DNA from: Candidatus Latescibacterota bacterium
GTDB taxonomy: Bacteria > Latescibacterota > UBA2968 > UBA8231
Assembly: GCA_029941565.1 (NCBI GenBank)
Contig: JAPYRN010000004.1
Location: forward strand, 119,797-183,796
DNA: 64,000 nt
Direction of reading: 5' to 3'
A program made the translations under genes and the position numbers. Shown here piece by piece: positions 10,964 to 20,815 of the stretch (positions are counted from its first letter, which is position 1; each line of letters begins with the position of its first letter). The notes under the pieces were generated by a model. The model did no database searches, was not told where the DNA came from, and saw only the letters and a program-made list of their open reading frames with translations.

Positions 10964-13900
10964 ATGACGACGCCAACACGCAACACCGACAAATTCAAGG
11001 AGCTCGCTGTCACCTCTTGGGCGGTGAACCACGGCACCTCCGTATTGATCCTGTTCTTCATCATCACCCTCGCCGGCGTCATGGCCTATCAGACGATCCC
11101 GAAAGAGTCGTTCCCCGAGATCGAGATCCCCATGATCGCGGTGAATACGATCTACTCCGGGGTGTCGCCGAAGGACATCGAGTCGCTGGTGACGCGGGTC
11201 ATGGAGCAGGAGCTGAACACGGTTCCTGATCTCAAGCAGCTGACATCCACATCGGTAGAGGGGTATTCGAGCGTCGTCGCCGAATTCACCACGGCGGTGA
11301 ACATGGACGAAGCCTTGCAGCGGGTCCGTGAAAAAGTGGGTCTCGCCAAGCCGGATCTGCCCGCAGACGCAGAAGAACCGGGGATCTACGAGTTCGACTT
11401 CCAGGAGGTGCCCATCCTGCAGGTGAATCTGTCAGGCAAATACGGGCTCGTTCGACTGAAAGAAATCGGCGAAGATCTGGAAGACCTGCTGGAGCAGATT
11501 CCGACGGTGCGACGCGTCGATCTGCGTGGGGGCCGCGAGCGGGAAGTGAAGGTGGATGTATCGCTGTCCCGCCTGCAATACTATGGCGTGTCGCTGGAGG
11601 ACCTGGTGGATGCCGTGCGGGATGAGAATGTGAATATCCCGGGTGGTTCCATCGACGTGGGGGAGATGAAGTTTCTCGTCCGCGTCGATGGTGAGCTGCA
11701 CGATCCTCTGTCGATCCGGGACATCGTCGTAGACACCCGCGACCGGCGCCCCATCTACGTGCGCGATATTGCCGAGGTCGACTTCGGCTTTGCCGAGCGT
11801 GACAGCTACGCGCGCCTCGATGGTCGTGCCGTGGTGACGCTGGATGTGGTCAAACGCAGTGGCGAAAACATCATCGAAACGGCCGACGCCGTGCGGGCCG
11901 CCGTCGACGAGATGCAGCCCCTGTTCCCACCGACGACGGTGGTGAAGATCACCTCCGATATGTCGCAGGACATTCGTATGATGGTAAGCAGTCTGGAGAA
12001 CAACATCATCTCCGGTCTGCTGCTGATCATCGCCGTCCTGCTGTTTTTTCTCGGCGTGCGCAATTCGTTATTGGTGGGCATCGCCATCCCCACGTCCATG
12101 TTGCTGTCCTTTCTGGTGTTGAGTGTGCTCGGCGTGACCATGAACATGGTCGTTCTGTTCTCGCTGATTCTGGCCCTGGGCATGCTGGTGGACAATGCCA
12201 TCGTTGTCGTGGAGAACACCTACCGTTACGTGGAAGAAGGCTGGGATCGCGCCGAGGCGGCGCGCAAGGCGACGGGTGAAGTAGCAGTTCCCGTCATCGC
12301 CGCGACGCTGACAACACTGGCCGCCTTTGGTCCAATGCTGTTCTGGCCCGGTATCGTCGGTGAGTTCATGAGCTATCTGCCGATGACACTGATCATCACG
12401 CTGTCGAGTTCGTTGTTCGTCGCGTTGGTGATCGTGCCCGTGTTGTGCGCCCGATATCTGCGGCTGGATGGGGAGAAGGCCAAACCGATGCCGCGTTTGG
12501 GACGTTGGATCCTGCTGCTGGTTGGGGTCGTAATCCTGTTGCCCATGTTCCTGTCCAACGCCTTCACCATGGGTCTGCTCGCGGCAACGTCCGCCATCTG
12601 CTGGGTCCTCAATCGAACCGTGCTCGCACCGGTGGGTCGCTGGTTCCAGGATCAGGGTCTGCGGGGTCTGATCAATCGCTATGAGGTGTTGCTACGCTGG
12701 GCCCTGAACCATCGGCTGACGGCGATGGCGGGCACCCTTGTCGTCCTCGTGGTCACCGTCATGCTCTTCGGTCAGTTCAACAGCGGCATCGAATTCTTTC
12801 CCGAAGACATTCCGCCAAAGCAGGTCTGGATAGACGTCGAAACCCCTGTTGGCACCAAGGTGGAATTCACCGACAGCATCATCCGCACGCTGGAGACGGA
12901 AGTCCTCAACGTCGAGGGTTATGGTGATGCAGAGTCGGGGGTCGCCACCGTCGGTGGAGGGGGCAATGCCATGATGGGCAGTTCCCAGGGACCGAACTCG
13001 GGTCGCGTCATGGTCAGCTTCGTCGACTATCAGGACCGCGAGAGAAATACCAACGAGACCATGGCGCGTATGCAGGAGCAGCTCGGGCGTGACGTGGCGG
13101 GTGCCGAGGTCAGTGTCGACAAACCGCAGGAGGGCCCGCCCTCCGGACCACCGGTCAACGTTGAGATCGTTGGCAAGGATCCGGAGACATTAAAGGAACT
13201 CTCCGATCGGGTCGTCTACATCCTGCGCAACTCGGCAGTGAGTGCCCGGTTGACGGGGTTGGAGAGCGATCTGGACGAGGCGCGGCCAGAGTTGTCCGTG
13301 CAAGTGGATCGTGAGAAGGCGGCGATGTATGGGCTGTCGACGTCGAAGGTGGCGGGCATGGTGCGCACCGCGGTCCAGGGTACGAAAGCGACGCTGTATC
13401 GCTCGGGCAACGATGAGTACGATGTCATCGTGCGTCTCGCCGAGCCGTGGCGCAGTGACCTGGAGTCGCTACGCGATCTGACGGTGACCAACGATCCGGG
13501 TGACCAGGTGCCACTGGTGTCGGTCGCCAGCTGGGATGTGGGCGAAGGGCTCGGTTCGATCCGGCGCAAGGATATGGATCGCGTCGCCACCGTCAGTGCG
13601 CAGGTGAAGGAGGGTTATCAGAAGACGGTCGTGCTGACGGAGGTGCAAGAAACGCTGGCCCCCTTCGTCGCCGACGAGTTACCCCCGGGATACACGATGC
13701 GTTACACGGGCGAGTCGGAGGATCAGGCCGAGGCCGAAGGATTTCTGTTGAGAGCCTTCCTCGTAGCCCTGGGATTGATCGCTTTCATCCTCGTGACGCA
13801 GTTCAATTCGGTGATCAAGCCGGTGATCATTCTGACGTCCGTCATCATGTCGACAGCCGGCGTGCTGCTGGGATTGATGCTCTTCGAGATGCCATTCGGC

Positions 13901-14332
13901 GTCATCATGACGGGTGTAGGAATCATCTCGCTCGCTGGAATCGTAGTCAACAACGCGATCATTCTGATCGACTATATCGACACACTTCGCGAGCGGGACG
14001 GTCTGTCACGGGATGAGGCGTTGGTCCGTGGTGGGCGTACTCGTCTGCGCCCGGTGATTCTCACAGCGATCACCACGGCGTTGGGGTTGGTGCCGCTCGC
14101 AATCGGTTTGAACTTCGACTTCTTCGGGCTCTACACGAGTCTGAATCCGGATCTGTTCTGGGGTGGGGAACAAGCGGCCTGGTGGGCGCCGATGGCGATT
14201 GCGGTGATCGCGGGTATTCTGTTTGCCACGTTCCTGACGTTGGTGTTGGTGCCTGTCATGTATTCTTTGGCGGAGGATATTGTGGGTTGGGTGAGGAGGT
14301 TGTTTGTTGGTGAGGAGGTGGAAGTACGGTAG
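10964..14332 (+). CDS. efflux RND transporter permease subunit (AcrB/CzcA superfamily)
   Basis: 1122 aa. 12-TM plus two large periplasmic loops. Motifs such as GVAIPTSMLLSFLVL and VDNAIVVVEN. Confidence 0.9.
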   Translation: MTTPTRNTDKFKELAVTSWAVNHGTSVLILFFIITLAGVMAYQTIPKESFPEIEIPMIAVNTIYSGVSPKDIESLVTRVMEQELNTVPDLKQLTSTSVEGYSSVVAEFTTAVNMDEALQRVREKVGLAKPDLPADAEEPGIYEFDFQEVPILQVNLSGKYGLVRLKEIGEDLEDLLEQIPTVRRVDLRGGREREVKVDVSLSRLQYYGVSLEDLVDAVRDENVNIPGGSIDVGEMKFLVRVDGELHDPLSIRDIVVDTRDRRPIYVRDIAEVDFGFAERDSYARLDGRAVVTLDVVKRSGENIIETADAVRAAVDEMQPLFPPTTVVKITSDMSQDIRMMVSSLENNIISGLLLIIAVLLFFLGVRNSLLVGIAIPTSMLLSFLVLSVLGVTMNMVVLFSLILALGMLVDNAIVVVENTYRYVEEGWDRAEAARKATGEVAVPVIAATLTTLAAFGPMLFWPGIVGEFMSYLPMTLIITLSSSLFVALVIVPVLCARYLRLDGEKAKPMPRLGRWILLLVGVVILLPMFLSNAFTMGLLAATSAICWVLNRTVLAPVGRWFQDQGLRGLINRYEVLLRWALNHRLTAMAGTLVVLVVTVMLFGQFNSGIEFFPEDIPPKQVWIDVETPVGTKVEFTDSIIRTLETEVLNVEGYGDAESGVATVGGGGNAMMGSSQGPNSGRVMVSFVDYQDRERNTNETMARMQEQLGRDVAGAEVSVDKPQEGPPSGPPVNVEIVGKDPETLKELSDRVVYILRNSAVSARLTGLESDLDEARPELSVQVDREKAAMYGLSTSKVAGMVRTAVQGTKATLYRSGNDEYDVIVRLAEPWRSDLESLRDLTVTNDPGDQVPLVSVASWDVGEGLGSIRRKDMDRVATVSAQVKEGYQKTVVLTEVQETLAPFVADELPPGYTMRYTGESEDQAEAEGFLLRAFLVALGLIAFILVTQFNSVIKPVIILTSVIMSTAGVLLGLMLFEMPFGVIMTGVGIISLAGIVVNNAIILIDYIDTLRERDGLSRDEALVRGGRTRLRPVILTAITTALGLVPLAIGLNFDFFGLYTSLNPDLFWGGEQAAWWAPMAIAVIAGILFATFLTLVLVPVMYSLAEDIVGWVRRLFVGEEVEVR

Positions 14333-14346
14333 TTCAGAGCGGGTCG

Positions 14347-14718
14347 GTGCCGGGGCCTCCGGCGCCCTGCAGCTACGGGCTGGCGGCCGTCCCCATGGGT
14401 TACGTGATCTGGACGGCGTCGAACCTGCAGAACGGACAGCTCAACCGTTACGACGGCGACAGCTGGGGGGTGGTCCGCCCACTGGAGCCCTGGAACACGG
14501 TCAATACGTCGCTTTCTGGTCTCCAGCGAGGTACCCTGTGGGTCGGCGGGTTTCAACTGCAATCGCTCGACACATCGGGGTGGCGGGTCTACGACACTGG
14601 AAATGTCCCGATCCCCTATCACCATACCCGGCTGCTGGAAGCCGGTGACGGGGCGCTGTGGATCGCGGGGCTCCCACCTGTCCTGGCGCCGGTGATCCAC
14701 GCCCAGCAGAGCCAATAA
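14347..14718 (+). CDS. short ORF with two-component-regulator propeller-like (Reg_prop) repeats; probable gene fragment
   Basis: 123 aa. GTLWVGGFQLQSLDTSGWRVYDTGNVPIPYHHTRLLEAGDGALWIAG matches the Y_Y_Y/Reg_prop beta-propeller repeat pattern. No sensor kinase or other domains follow. Confidence 0.3.
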   Translation: MPGPPAPCSYGLAAVPMGYVIWTASNLQNGQLNRYDGDSWGVVRPLEPWNTVNTSLSGLQRGTLWVGGFQLQSLDTSGWRVYDTGNVPIPYHHTRLLEAGDGALWIAGLPPVLAPVIHAQQSQ

Positions 14719-14756
14719 GTCCCGCGTGCAACGTCTGACACCCGACTCCGAGGTAC

Positions 14757-14835
14757 GGATCCGTCGCCTACCAGTTGCAGATCGCCGGTCCGGTGCGTGA
14801 CGTGTCGGTGGTTGTTGGCGACCTGACGGGCCCTG
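14757..14835 (+). repeat. 72-bp divergent copy (~92% identical) of an internal segment of the 59496..61316 gene
   Basis: Direct comparison: 14763-14834 vs 59694-59765. Encodes VAYQLQIAGPVRDVSVVVGDLTGPA, matching VAYQLQIAGPARDVSVVVGDLTGPA in the distant gene. Homology begins and ends abruptly and a stop codon follows. Confidence 0.6.
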
Positions 14836-15087
14836 CAGAATACCAATGCTGATGGTAGCGATGCCGGTATGGCCCGACACCGACAGTTGCTCGTCGAGCA
14901 GCCAGATGCCACCCACCGCGGTGAGAGCGATACCGGAGCCACGGGCAATGGGGGTGATGGCGACCCAACCGAGCAATGCACCCAGCCAGAGCACACCCAG
15001 GTGCCCGGCATGGTGACGGGCGACGGTGTTCCAGGATGCGTGGCACAGGGCGGCCACCAGCACCAGCCCAGGAAGGGCGAGGCTCAC
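14836..15087 (-). pseudogene. EamA/DMT-superfamily transporter fragment (3'-truncated)
   Basis: GTG start, 4-nt overlap with the cupin gene. HAGHLGVLWLGALLGWVAITPIARGSGIALTAVGGIWLLDEQLS resembles an EamA domain C-terminal half. The frame then reads through the 72-bp repeat with no proper terminus, and the 318-aa six-frame ORF is rejected as one gene. Confidence 0.35.
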
Positions 15088-15443
15088 GTGCCTGCGACCT
15101 CGTGGTGCAGAGCGAGCCAGACGGTTGCCGTGTGGGCGTCCGTCCAGGCGACGCGGTGCCTGACACCGGCTGGCAGCTGCAGGTAATCGCCGGGGTTGAG
15201 TACGATCTCACCGTCACGTCCCTCGATCACGAGCGCGCCGCGGCCCTTCAGCACGAGGACGAACTCGTCCCAAGGCTGGTCGAACCACTCGTCGGGGCCC
15301 ATGGCGTGTCCAGGCGGTGACAGGATGCGTTCGAACCGTAAACCGGGGCTCTCCAGCAGCGTCGTGAACTGTTCCCCCTGTGGCAACGAGGGCACCACGC
15401 TTGCCAGGATGTTGGACACACGACTATGGGGCAATGCATCCAC
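15084..15443 (-). CDS. cupin domain protein
   Basis: 119 aa. GTG start with GGAG RBS. Conserved cupin barrel segment GDYLQLPAGVRHRV. Confidence 0.65.
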   Translation of the reverse strand: MDALPHSRVSNILASVVPSLPQGEQFTTLLESPGLRFERILSPPGHAMGPDEWFDQPWDEFVLVLKGRGALVIEGRDGEIVLNPGDYLQLPAGVRHRVAWTDAHTATVWLALHHEVAGT

Positions 15444-15454
15444 CTGGAAACTCC

Positions 15455-15500
15455 ATCAAAAAAACCGCATGCTGACAGAAATCGTGTCGGCATTGCGGTT
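15455..15500 (-). terminator. hairpin plus U7 tract (intrinsic-terminator-like) immediately upstream of the cupin RBS
   Basis: Minus strand reads ccgcaatgccgaca-gatttc-tgtcagcatgcgg then ttttttt, then gatggag (RBS), then GTG. Stem of about 12 bp with one mismatch. The U-tract overlaps the stop of small ORF 15456..15677. Confidence 0.4.
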
Positions 15501-15677
15501 GTGCTCAGAGCCCGGAATGTGCCCTGTCAGCCGCCAACCTAGGCCGTTGGAAGTCTCTCGGCAATGCAAGCGGAAGCCCCAACGCTCGATGTGATGTTTG
15601 CCCGGAACTGGATCATCGCCGACAATCTTTTCATCGGCCTCCAGGGGCGTAGTGGCAACTGCCGTCGGGGTTTGCAT
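15456..15677 (-). CDS. hypothetical small protein (73 aa)
   Basis: Strong RBS gaagaggaggacactatATG. Co-oriented and directly upstream of the cupin gene. No recognisable family. Confidence 0.3.
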   Translation of the reverse strand: MQTPTAVATTPLEADEKIVGDDPVPGKHHIERWGFRLHCRETSNGLGWRLTGHIPGSEHNRNADTISVSMRFF

Positions 15678-15709
15678 ATAGTGTCCTCCTCTTCGTGTAG
15701 CATGCAGAC

Positions 15710-17785
15710 ATGGACAGAATGGTCAGGATCTACTCTATCATCGGCATGTGTCTCGCCGCCGTCGTCCTGGCGCACGCCGATCCCGGGCCGGGGGACATCT
15801 TCCGCGAGTACCTCTGGCGCGGACCGTATGTTAATGCGGGCAACTGGCAACGCGTAACCCACCCCGGTGCGACAGCCGCCGGTTCTCACGAGTTCCTGCC
15901 CAATCCCGTCAACAGCATCACCATCGACGATCTTACGGGGGCCGTCGGCGCCGAGGTCTACCTCGAGATCTGGGGTGGCCACGCCGGCACCAGTGACAAG
16001 ACCGTGCGCCTCAATGGCTACGACTGGATCCAGATCCCCGAACCCGTCGCCATTCCCGCTACCTCCGGCAGTCCCCGTATCAGCAGCGCCGAGTGTTACC
16101 AGCACTTCGCCTATCCCTCCGTCAAGGTCCCACTGAGCGACCTGCTGGTCGGCGACAATGAATTTGAGTTTTCCGCTGGTCCGCAGATCTGCTTCAACTT
16201 CGGCTGGAGCCAGTGGGGGGTCTACGGTGCTGCCTTCCGTATCTATTACAGTGAGGACAAACCCCACCCAATGGGACGCATCATCCATCCCGCGCCTGGC
16301 AGCACTTTCGGTGACTCCCTATATCTGGAGGCAGAGGCTTCCAGTCCCAATGGTGCCGTTGATCGGGTCGATTTTATCGGCAACTATGAAGACTTTAACT
16401 TCGAAGGCAATGGTCTCTACCACCAGTGGCACTATCGCTACCGATATGGTGTCATGCAGAATCAGCTCGGTACGGCGATGCAAGCACCCTATGCCGCCAT
16501 TTGGCCCACCACCTGGGTGCCAGATCAACCGGGTCCCGTGAAGATCATGGCGCGTCTCACCGACGAGTCCGGTCTCAGCTATATGACTCAACCCGTCGAC
16601 GAGTTGATCCTTGACCGGCCCGGCAAGGCGGTGAAACTGTATAGACCATTTGACGTGCCTGCTTCGTGGCAGACCCGGGTCGGCAGTCGGCAGGGCGCCA
16701 AGCTCTTCATCGGCCACGATCTGGAACGAGCGACGGCGGCGCAAATGATGCTGGTCACCTGGAGTGGGGGACACGCCGACGCCATCGGTATCAACGACTC
16801 CACCGTCGTCAAACGGGTAGGTGGCACCCACGCCTACAGTCTCGACGCCGTCGAGGTGCCCCTCGATCTGCTTCGCAGTGGCACCAACACGACATTCACC
16901 TTCGCCAAAACCATCCACCACGGAATCGAAGTCATGTGGCCCGGTATCGCCCTGATGGTGCAGTACAGCGACCTGCCGGAAGCGGTGTGGCCTCTGGCGG
17001 ATCTACCCGTGTTCGCCGATGATCTGGCCGTCGATTGGCGCTTGGACAAACGGGTCGAGACCGATGTAGAGCTGGCGACGGATCTCGCGTTCACCGGCAA
17101 CGCTTCCCTACGAGTGACGCCAGCACCGGACTACATCTTCTTCCTCGACATGAATGTCACACCACCGGTATCAACAGATGGGTATCACTCACTGCATCTG
17201 GCATTCCTGCCCCAAGGTGTGCAGCTGACGGGACGGCCCGGTTTTGGTCTGTACATCAACAAGAAGTCCCTGAGCCTCGCCGACGTAGCCGTGGAATTGC
17301 AGGGCGAGGACTACCATCTCGATTTCGACGATCACAGCTGGCAAGAGATCGAGATCCCACTCGAGGATCTGGGCTTGCGGTTTCCATACATAGAAACGAT
17401 CCGACTTGCTGGTCAGCTGCAGGGGACGTTCCTGTTGGATGATGTGCGTCTGGTCGCCGAGCAGGGCCCAACAGCCGTCACCGAACAGGCAGCTGAGTCC
17501 CAACCCGCCGACTTCGCCCTGCTACCGAATTATCCCAATCCATTTAATGGTGGTACGACATTCCGTCTTGTTCTGCCGCAAGCAACAGAAGTAGAACTCA
17601 ACGTCTACAATTTGCTCGGCCAGAGGGTGGCCGGCATCCTGCATGGCTCTCTACCGGCGGGTCCACACGAGCAATCGTGGGATGGGCGTGGCGACAACGG
17701 GGATCGGTTGGCGAGTGGGGTGTACTTCTTCCGCCTGCAAGCCGACGACCAGAGCCAGATCCGCAGTTTGGCCGTGCTTCGATGA
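15710..17785 (+). CDS. secreted protein with CBM4_9-like module and T9SS type-A C-terminal sorting domain
   Basis: Signal peptide MCLAAVVLAHA. Penultimate module ends GTFLLDDVRLV (CBM4_9-like signature). C-terminus NYPNPFNGGTTFRLVLPQATEVELNVYNLLGQRV...GVYFFRL matches the Por secretion C-terminal domain. Confidence 0.8.
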   Translation: MDRMVRIYSIIGMCLAAVVLAHADPGPGDIFREYLWRGPYVNAGNWQRVTHPGATAAGSHEFLPNPVNSITIDDLTGAVGAEVYLEIWGGHAGTSDKTVRLNGYDWIQIPEPVAIPATSGSPRISSAECYQHFAYPSVKVPLSDLLVGDNEFEFSAGPQICFNFGWSQWGVYGAAFRIYYSEDKPHPMGRIIHPAPGSTFGDSLYLEAEASSPNGAVDRVDFIGNYEDFNFEGNGLYHQWHYRYRYGVMQNQLGTAMQAPYAAIWPTTWVPDQPGPVKIMARLTDESGLSYMTQPVDELILDRPGKAVKLYRPFDVPASWQTRVGSRQGAKLFIGHDLERATAAQMMLVTWSGGHADAIGINDSTVVKRVGGTHAYSLDAVEVPLDLLRSGTNTTFTFAKTIHHGIEVMWPGIALMVQYSDLPEAVWPLADLPVFADDLAVDWRLDKRVETDVELATDLAFTGNASLRVTPAPDYIFFLDMNVTPPVSTDGYHSLHLAFLPQGVQLTGRPGFGLYINKKSLSLADVAVELQGEDYHLDFDDHSWQEIEIPLEDLGLRFPYIETIRLAGQLQGTFLLDDVRLVAEQGPTAVTEQAAESQPADFALLPNYPNPFNGGTTFRLVLPQATEVELNVYNLLGQRVAGILHGSLPAGPHEQSWDGRGDNGDRLASGVYFFRLQADDQSQIRSLAVLR

Positions 17786-17819
17786 CACATTCGACCCTCA
17801 CCACCGCCACCGATCCTGA

Positions 17820-18336
17820 GTGGCAGGATCGGCGGCCCCGGAGGGGGTGGATCGGTCGACGGATGGTGCCGAAAGCTGGGAGCCGGTGGCGCTTCCCAAA
17901 AACGTCCGTTTCCCCAACAGCCTTGCACCCGACCCCGACGACCCCAAGCGACTGTATCTGAGCCTCTGGTCCGATGTGGCGGTCGGGGATTACCGTGGCA
18001 CGCGCGCAGCGAACGGCAAGGATGTCGAGTCCAGCGAGGGGGCTGCTCATGAGCGCGGATGGCGGCCTGAGCTGGCGGCAGGTTTTCGATCCGCAGGCCT
18101 ACGTTTACGCAGCCACCGTCGATCCGCGAAAATCCGGACGGATCTGCCTCGTCACCTTCCACCATACCGCCCACTTCAGCGACGACTACGGTGCCACTTG
18201 GCATACCATGAAAGGCTATGACTTCTACTGGGGTCATCGGCCGGTGATCGATCCACATGATGAAGACAAGATCTACCTGACCGCCTTCGGCTCCGACATC
18301 TGGCACGGCCGGGCGGTGGCCGTAGCGGCCGACTGA
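17820..18336 (+). pseudogene. BNR/Asp-box repeat protein remnant (N-terminally truncated, frameshifted)
   Basis: Two overlapping frames (17820..18221 and 17974..18336) carry Asp-boxes STDGAESW, SADGGLSW, SDDYGATW. No N-terminal part. A stop lies immediately upstream of 17820. Confidence 0.45.
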
Positions 18337-18340
18337 GCTA

Positions 18341-20815
18341 CTACTCCAGCTGTTGCAGAAAGTGGGCCGAAGTCAGGTCCGCCGGATTCTGTGCCAGCGC
18401 CTGCAGGTAGGACCGGATGGCCGCCTCCGGGTCACCCCGCATACGGTAGACGTCACCCTCCAACGAATGTTCACCGGCGCGATAACCAGCGGCGAGCCGG
18501 GATGCGATCGCCGTCGGTAGTTCGGACTCACGGACGAGCGTTGTAGCAGGGGTGCGAAACTGCCGCAGCGAGGCCAACACATGCCAGGCCTTCTTGCCGT
18601 ACGACTCAGCGAAACTGATGTAGGGTCGTTCGTCGGTGTTGAGCGGCCCTTCTCCGGTGAAACGGCGCAGCGCTTCTTCATCCATCAGGAAGTGGTCGAA
18701 CAGATGCAAGGGGTCCTTCAGGTCCACCTCCGTCAGGCTGCTGCGAACCGACTCGCGTGTAAAGCGCCGGTCCAGTTGTTCCAGGTCGAGGCGCAGTTCT
18801 CGCTTGGATCCCAACACGACCGAATAGTTGCTGGTGCGCCAGAGTGTGGTGTGGGGGAAGACGTGGACGAAGGTGCGAAGCAAGGTCCGGTAGTCCTCTA
18901 CACCCAGCCCGTGAATGGGCAGCCACTGGGCCATGATCCCGTCTTCGGCCAGACGCAGGCGGCACAGTTGATAGAACTCCTTTGTGTACAACACCCAGCT
19001 GTCAGCGCTGGTGGGGTGGGTGGCATCCCCGGTGATGACGTCGAACGTGTCGTTGTGGGCGAGCAGATAATTGCGACCGTCGTCGATGACGAGTTCCACT
19101 CCGGAGGCGCGCGGATCCTGTAACACGTTGTGGTTGAAGGGGCCGAAGTGTTGCCTGGCGGCGGTGACAACCTGCGGAACGAGTTCGACGCACGTGAGCC
19201 GCTGCAGGTCGTGTTGGGCTACCGAACCCAACGTGATGCCACCGCCGAGGGACACGACCAGGACCTGCTGTGGATCCGGGTGTAACAACAGAGGCAGATG
19301 TCCGAGCAGGCGAAACAGCTGCATCGAGGAGTAGTCGGTGGGCACCTGGCCACCCCCATTGAGCAACATCTCACGGAGTCCGTCCGCCCCCTTCTCGACG
19401 GTGATCACACCCTCGGCCCCCTCCTGATAGAACACGAGGCGTCGTTCTGGATTCGAGGGTTCGGAGACCCTCCTCAATACATCCGCCGGCGCCAACAACA
19501 TCAGGGCGATGACGACAACCACCAGGCCCAAGGCGAAGCGCCTTTGACGCGATCCCATCGTCGGGTGAACGAGGAATATGGCGAGCCCAACGAGGGTGTT
19601 GATAGTGGCCAGTGCTTTGACGCTGGTCTCGGTACCAAACATGGGGATCAGGACAAATCCGGTGAGGAAGGCGCCGGCGGCGGCGCCGAGACTGTTGACC
19701 CCACCTATGGTGCCCATGCCTTCCCCGATGCGCCCAAGGTGACGGATGGTTATCCGGCTCACCAGCGGCAACACAGCGCCCATGAGCAGCGTCGATCCCA
19801 GCATGACGATGAAGGAAACGGCGAAGACACCACCACGATAAGCCCACCAGGCGCCCATCTGGCGCAATTGATCTACGATTGCGGGCAGAGAACCGAGCAC
19901 GGGTAGAGATAACACGCCGAGAATGCCGAGAAGCACCTGGGCGACACCGAACCACGCCAGTGCGTCGATGTCGCGGCGCAACAGGCGGCTGCACAGAAAG
20001 CTGCCCAGTGCGAGACCGACGAGAAAGGCGGCCAGCACCAGGCTGAACTCGTAATGAGACACCATCGAGAAGGCGACACGCACCACCCTCGTCCAGGCCA
20101 CCTCGTAGCCAAGGGCGGCGAAACCCGACAGACCGAAGCCGATGAGGACGACGCGCAGAACCGGATCGGGAGCAGCAGCTGGGAGATCGATTCGCCGGCT
20201 AGACACAACCGGGGTTGCACCCAACCTCCAGGCGACGGTGGCGATGAGAAAGTTGACCATCGCCGCCGCCCAGGTACTGCCCCGGAGTCCGAGTTGCTCC
20301 ATCAACACGAAGGTGACGATGAGGACGCCAAGCACAGCGCCGAGGGTGTTGGCGGCGTAGAGTCTACCGACGCTCACGCCGACGGCACTGTGCTGTTGCA
20401 CCGCGAATCGTGTGACGGCGGGCAGGGTCGCCCCCATCAATACCGTCGGTATCAGCAGCAGCAGGAAACTCAGGCAGAATCTGACGAGGGAGTACAGCGA
20501 ATGACTGCCCTGCAGCGGGAACAACCACGACATGGTATCGTCCAATCCCCCGGCCAGGAGGGGGAACAGGAAGGCATACAGACCGATACCGGCTTCCAGG
20601 AGTGCGAACAGACGAAGTGGGTGGCTGACCCGGTCAACCCAGCGACCGAGTAGGAATGCACCCAGGGCCAACCCGCCCATAAAGGCGCTGAGTACGGTTC
20701 CCACCGCCAGCAAGGTGGTGCCGAAGACGAGGGTGAGCATGCGTGCCCAGGCGACCTGATAGACCAGGCCGCATGCACCGGAGGCAAGTAGCAGCAACAA
20801 CAGCAGAACGGACAC
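18341..20815 (-). CDS. fused MFS-like membrane domain / spermidine synthase-like methyltransferase-fold protein with C-terminal TPR
   Basis: 824 aa. About 12 N-terminal TM helices. Then VLVVSLGGGITLGS...VIDDGRNYL...DVITGDATHP (spermidine/spermine synthase fold). TPR-like tail. Start lies 6 nt after the PPIase-1 stop. Confidence 0.75.
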   Translation of the reverse strand: MSVLLLLLLLASGACGLVYQVAWARMLTLVFGTTLLAVGTVLSAFMGGLALGAFLLGRWVDRVSHPLRLFALLEAGIGLYAFLFPLLAGGLDDTMSWLFPLQGSHSLYSLVRFCLSFLLLLIPTVLMGATLPAVTRFAVQQHSAVGVSVGRLYAANTLGAVLGVLIVTFVLMEQLGLRGSTWAAAMVNFLIATVAWRLGATPVVSSRRIDLPAAAPDPVLRVVLIGFGLSGFAALGYEVAWTRVVRVAFSMVSHYEFSLVLAAFLVGLALGSFLCSRLLRRDIDALAWFGVAQVLLGILGVLSLPVLGSLPAIVDQLRQMGAWWAYRGGVFAVSFIVMLGSTLLMGAVLPLVSRITIRHLGRIGEGMGTIGGVNSLGAAAGAFLTGFVLIPMFGTETSVKALATINTLVGLAIFLVHPTMGSRQRRFALGLVVVVIALMLLAPADVLRRVSEPSNPERRLVFYQEGAEGVITVEKGADGLREMLLNGGGQVPTDYSSMQLFRLLGHLPLLLHPDPQQVLVVSLGGGITLGSVAQHDLQRLTCVELVPQVVTAARQHFGPFNHNVLQDPRASGVELVIDDGRNYLLAHNDTFDVITGDATHPTSADSWVLYTKEFYQLCRLRLAEDGIMAQWLPIHGLGVEDYRTLLRTFVHVFPHTTLWRTSNYSVVLGSKRELRLDLEQLDRRFTRESVRSSLTEVDLKDPLHLFDHFLMDEEALRRFTGEGPLNTDERPYISFAESYGKKAWHVLASLRQFRTPATTLVRESELPTAIASRLAAGYRAGEHSLEGDVYRMRGDPEAAIRSYLQALAQNPADLTSAHFLQQLE

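Noticed and set aside
14757-14835. Interpretation of the 72-bp duplicate as an assembly mis-join
   Set aside because: The copies differ at 6 positions with the longest exact match about 28 bp. This is not what a k-mer overlap artefact would produce, although this cannot be excluded without reads.
14131-15087. 318-aa minus-strand ORF read as one gene
   Set aside because: Only the first ~85 aa look like an EamA transporter segment. The remainder reads through the 72-bp repeat and the antisense of the RND gene, so it is treated as a 3'-truncated fragment.
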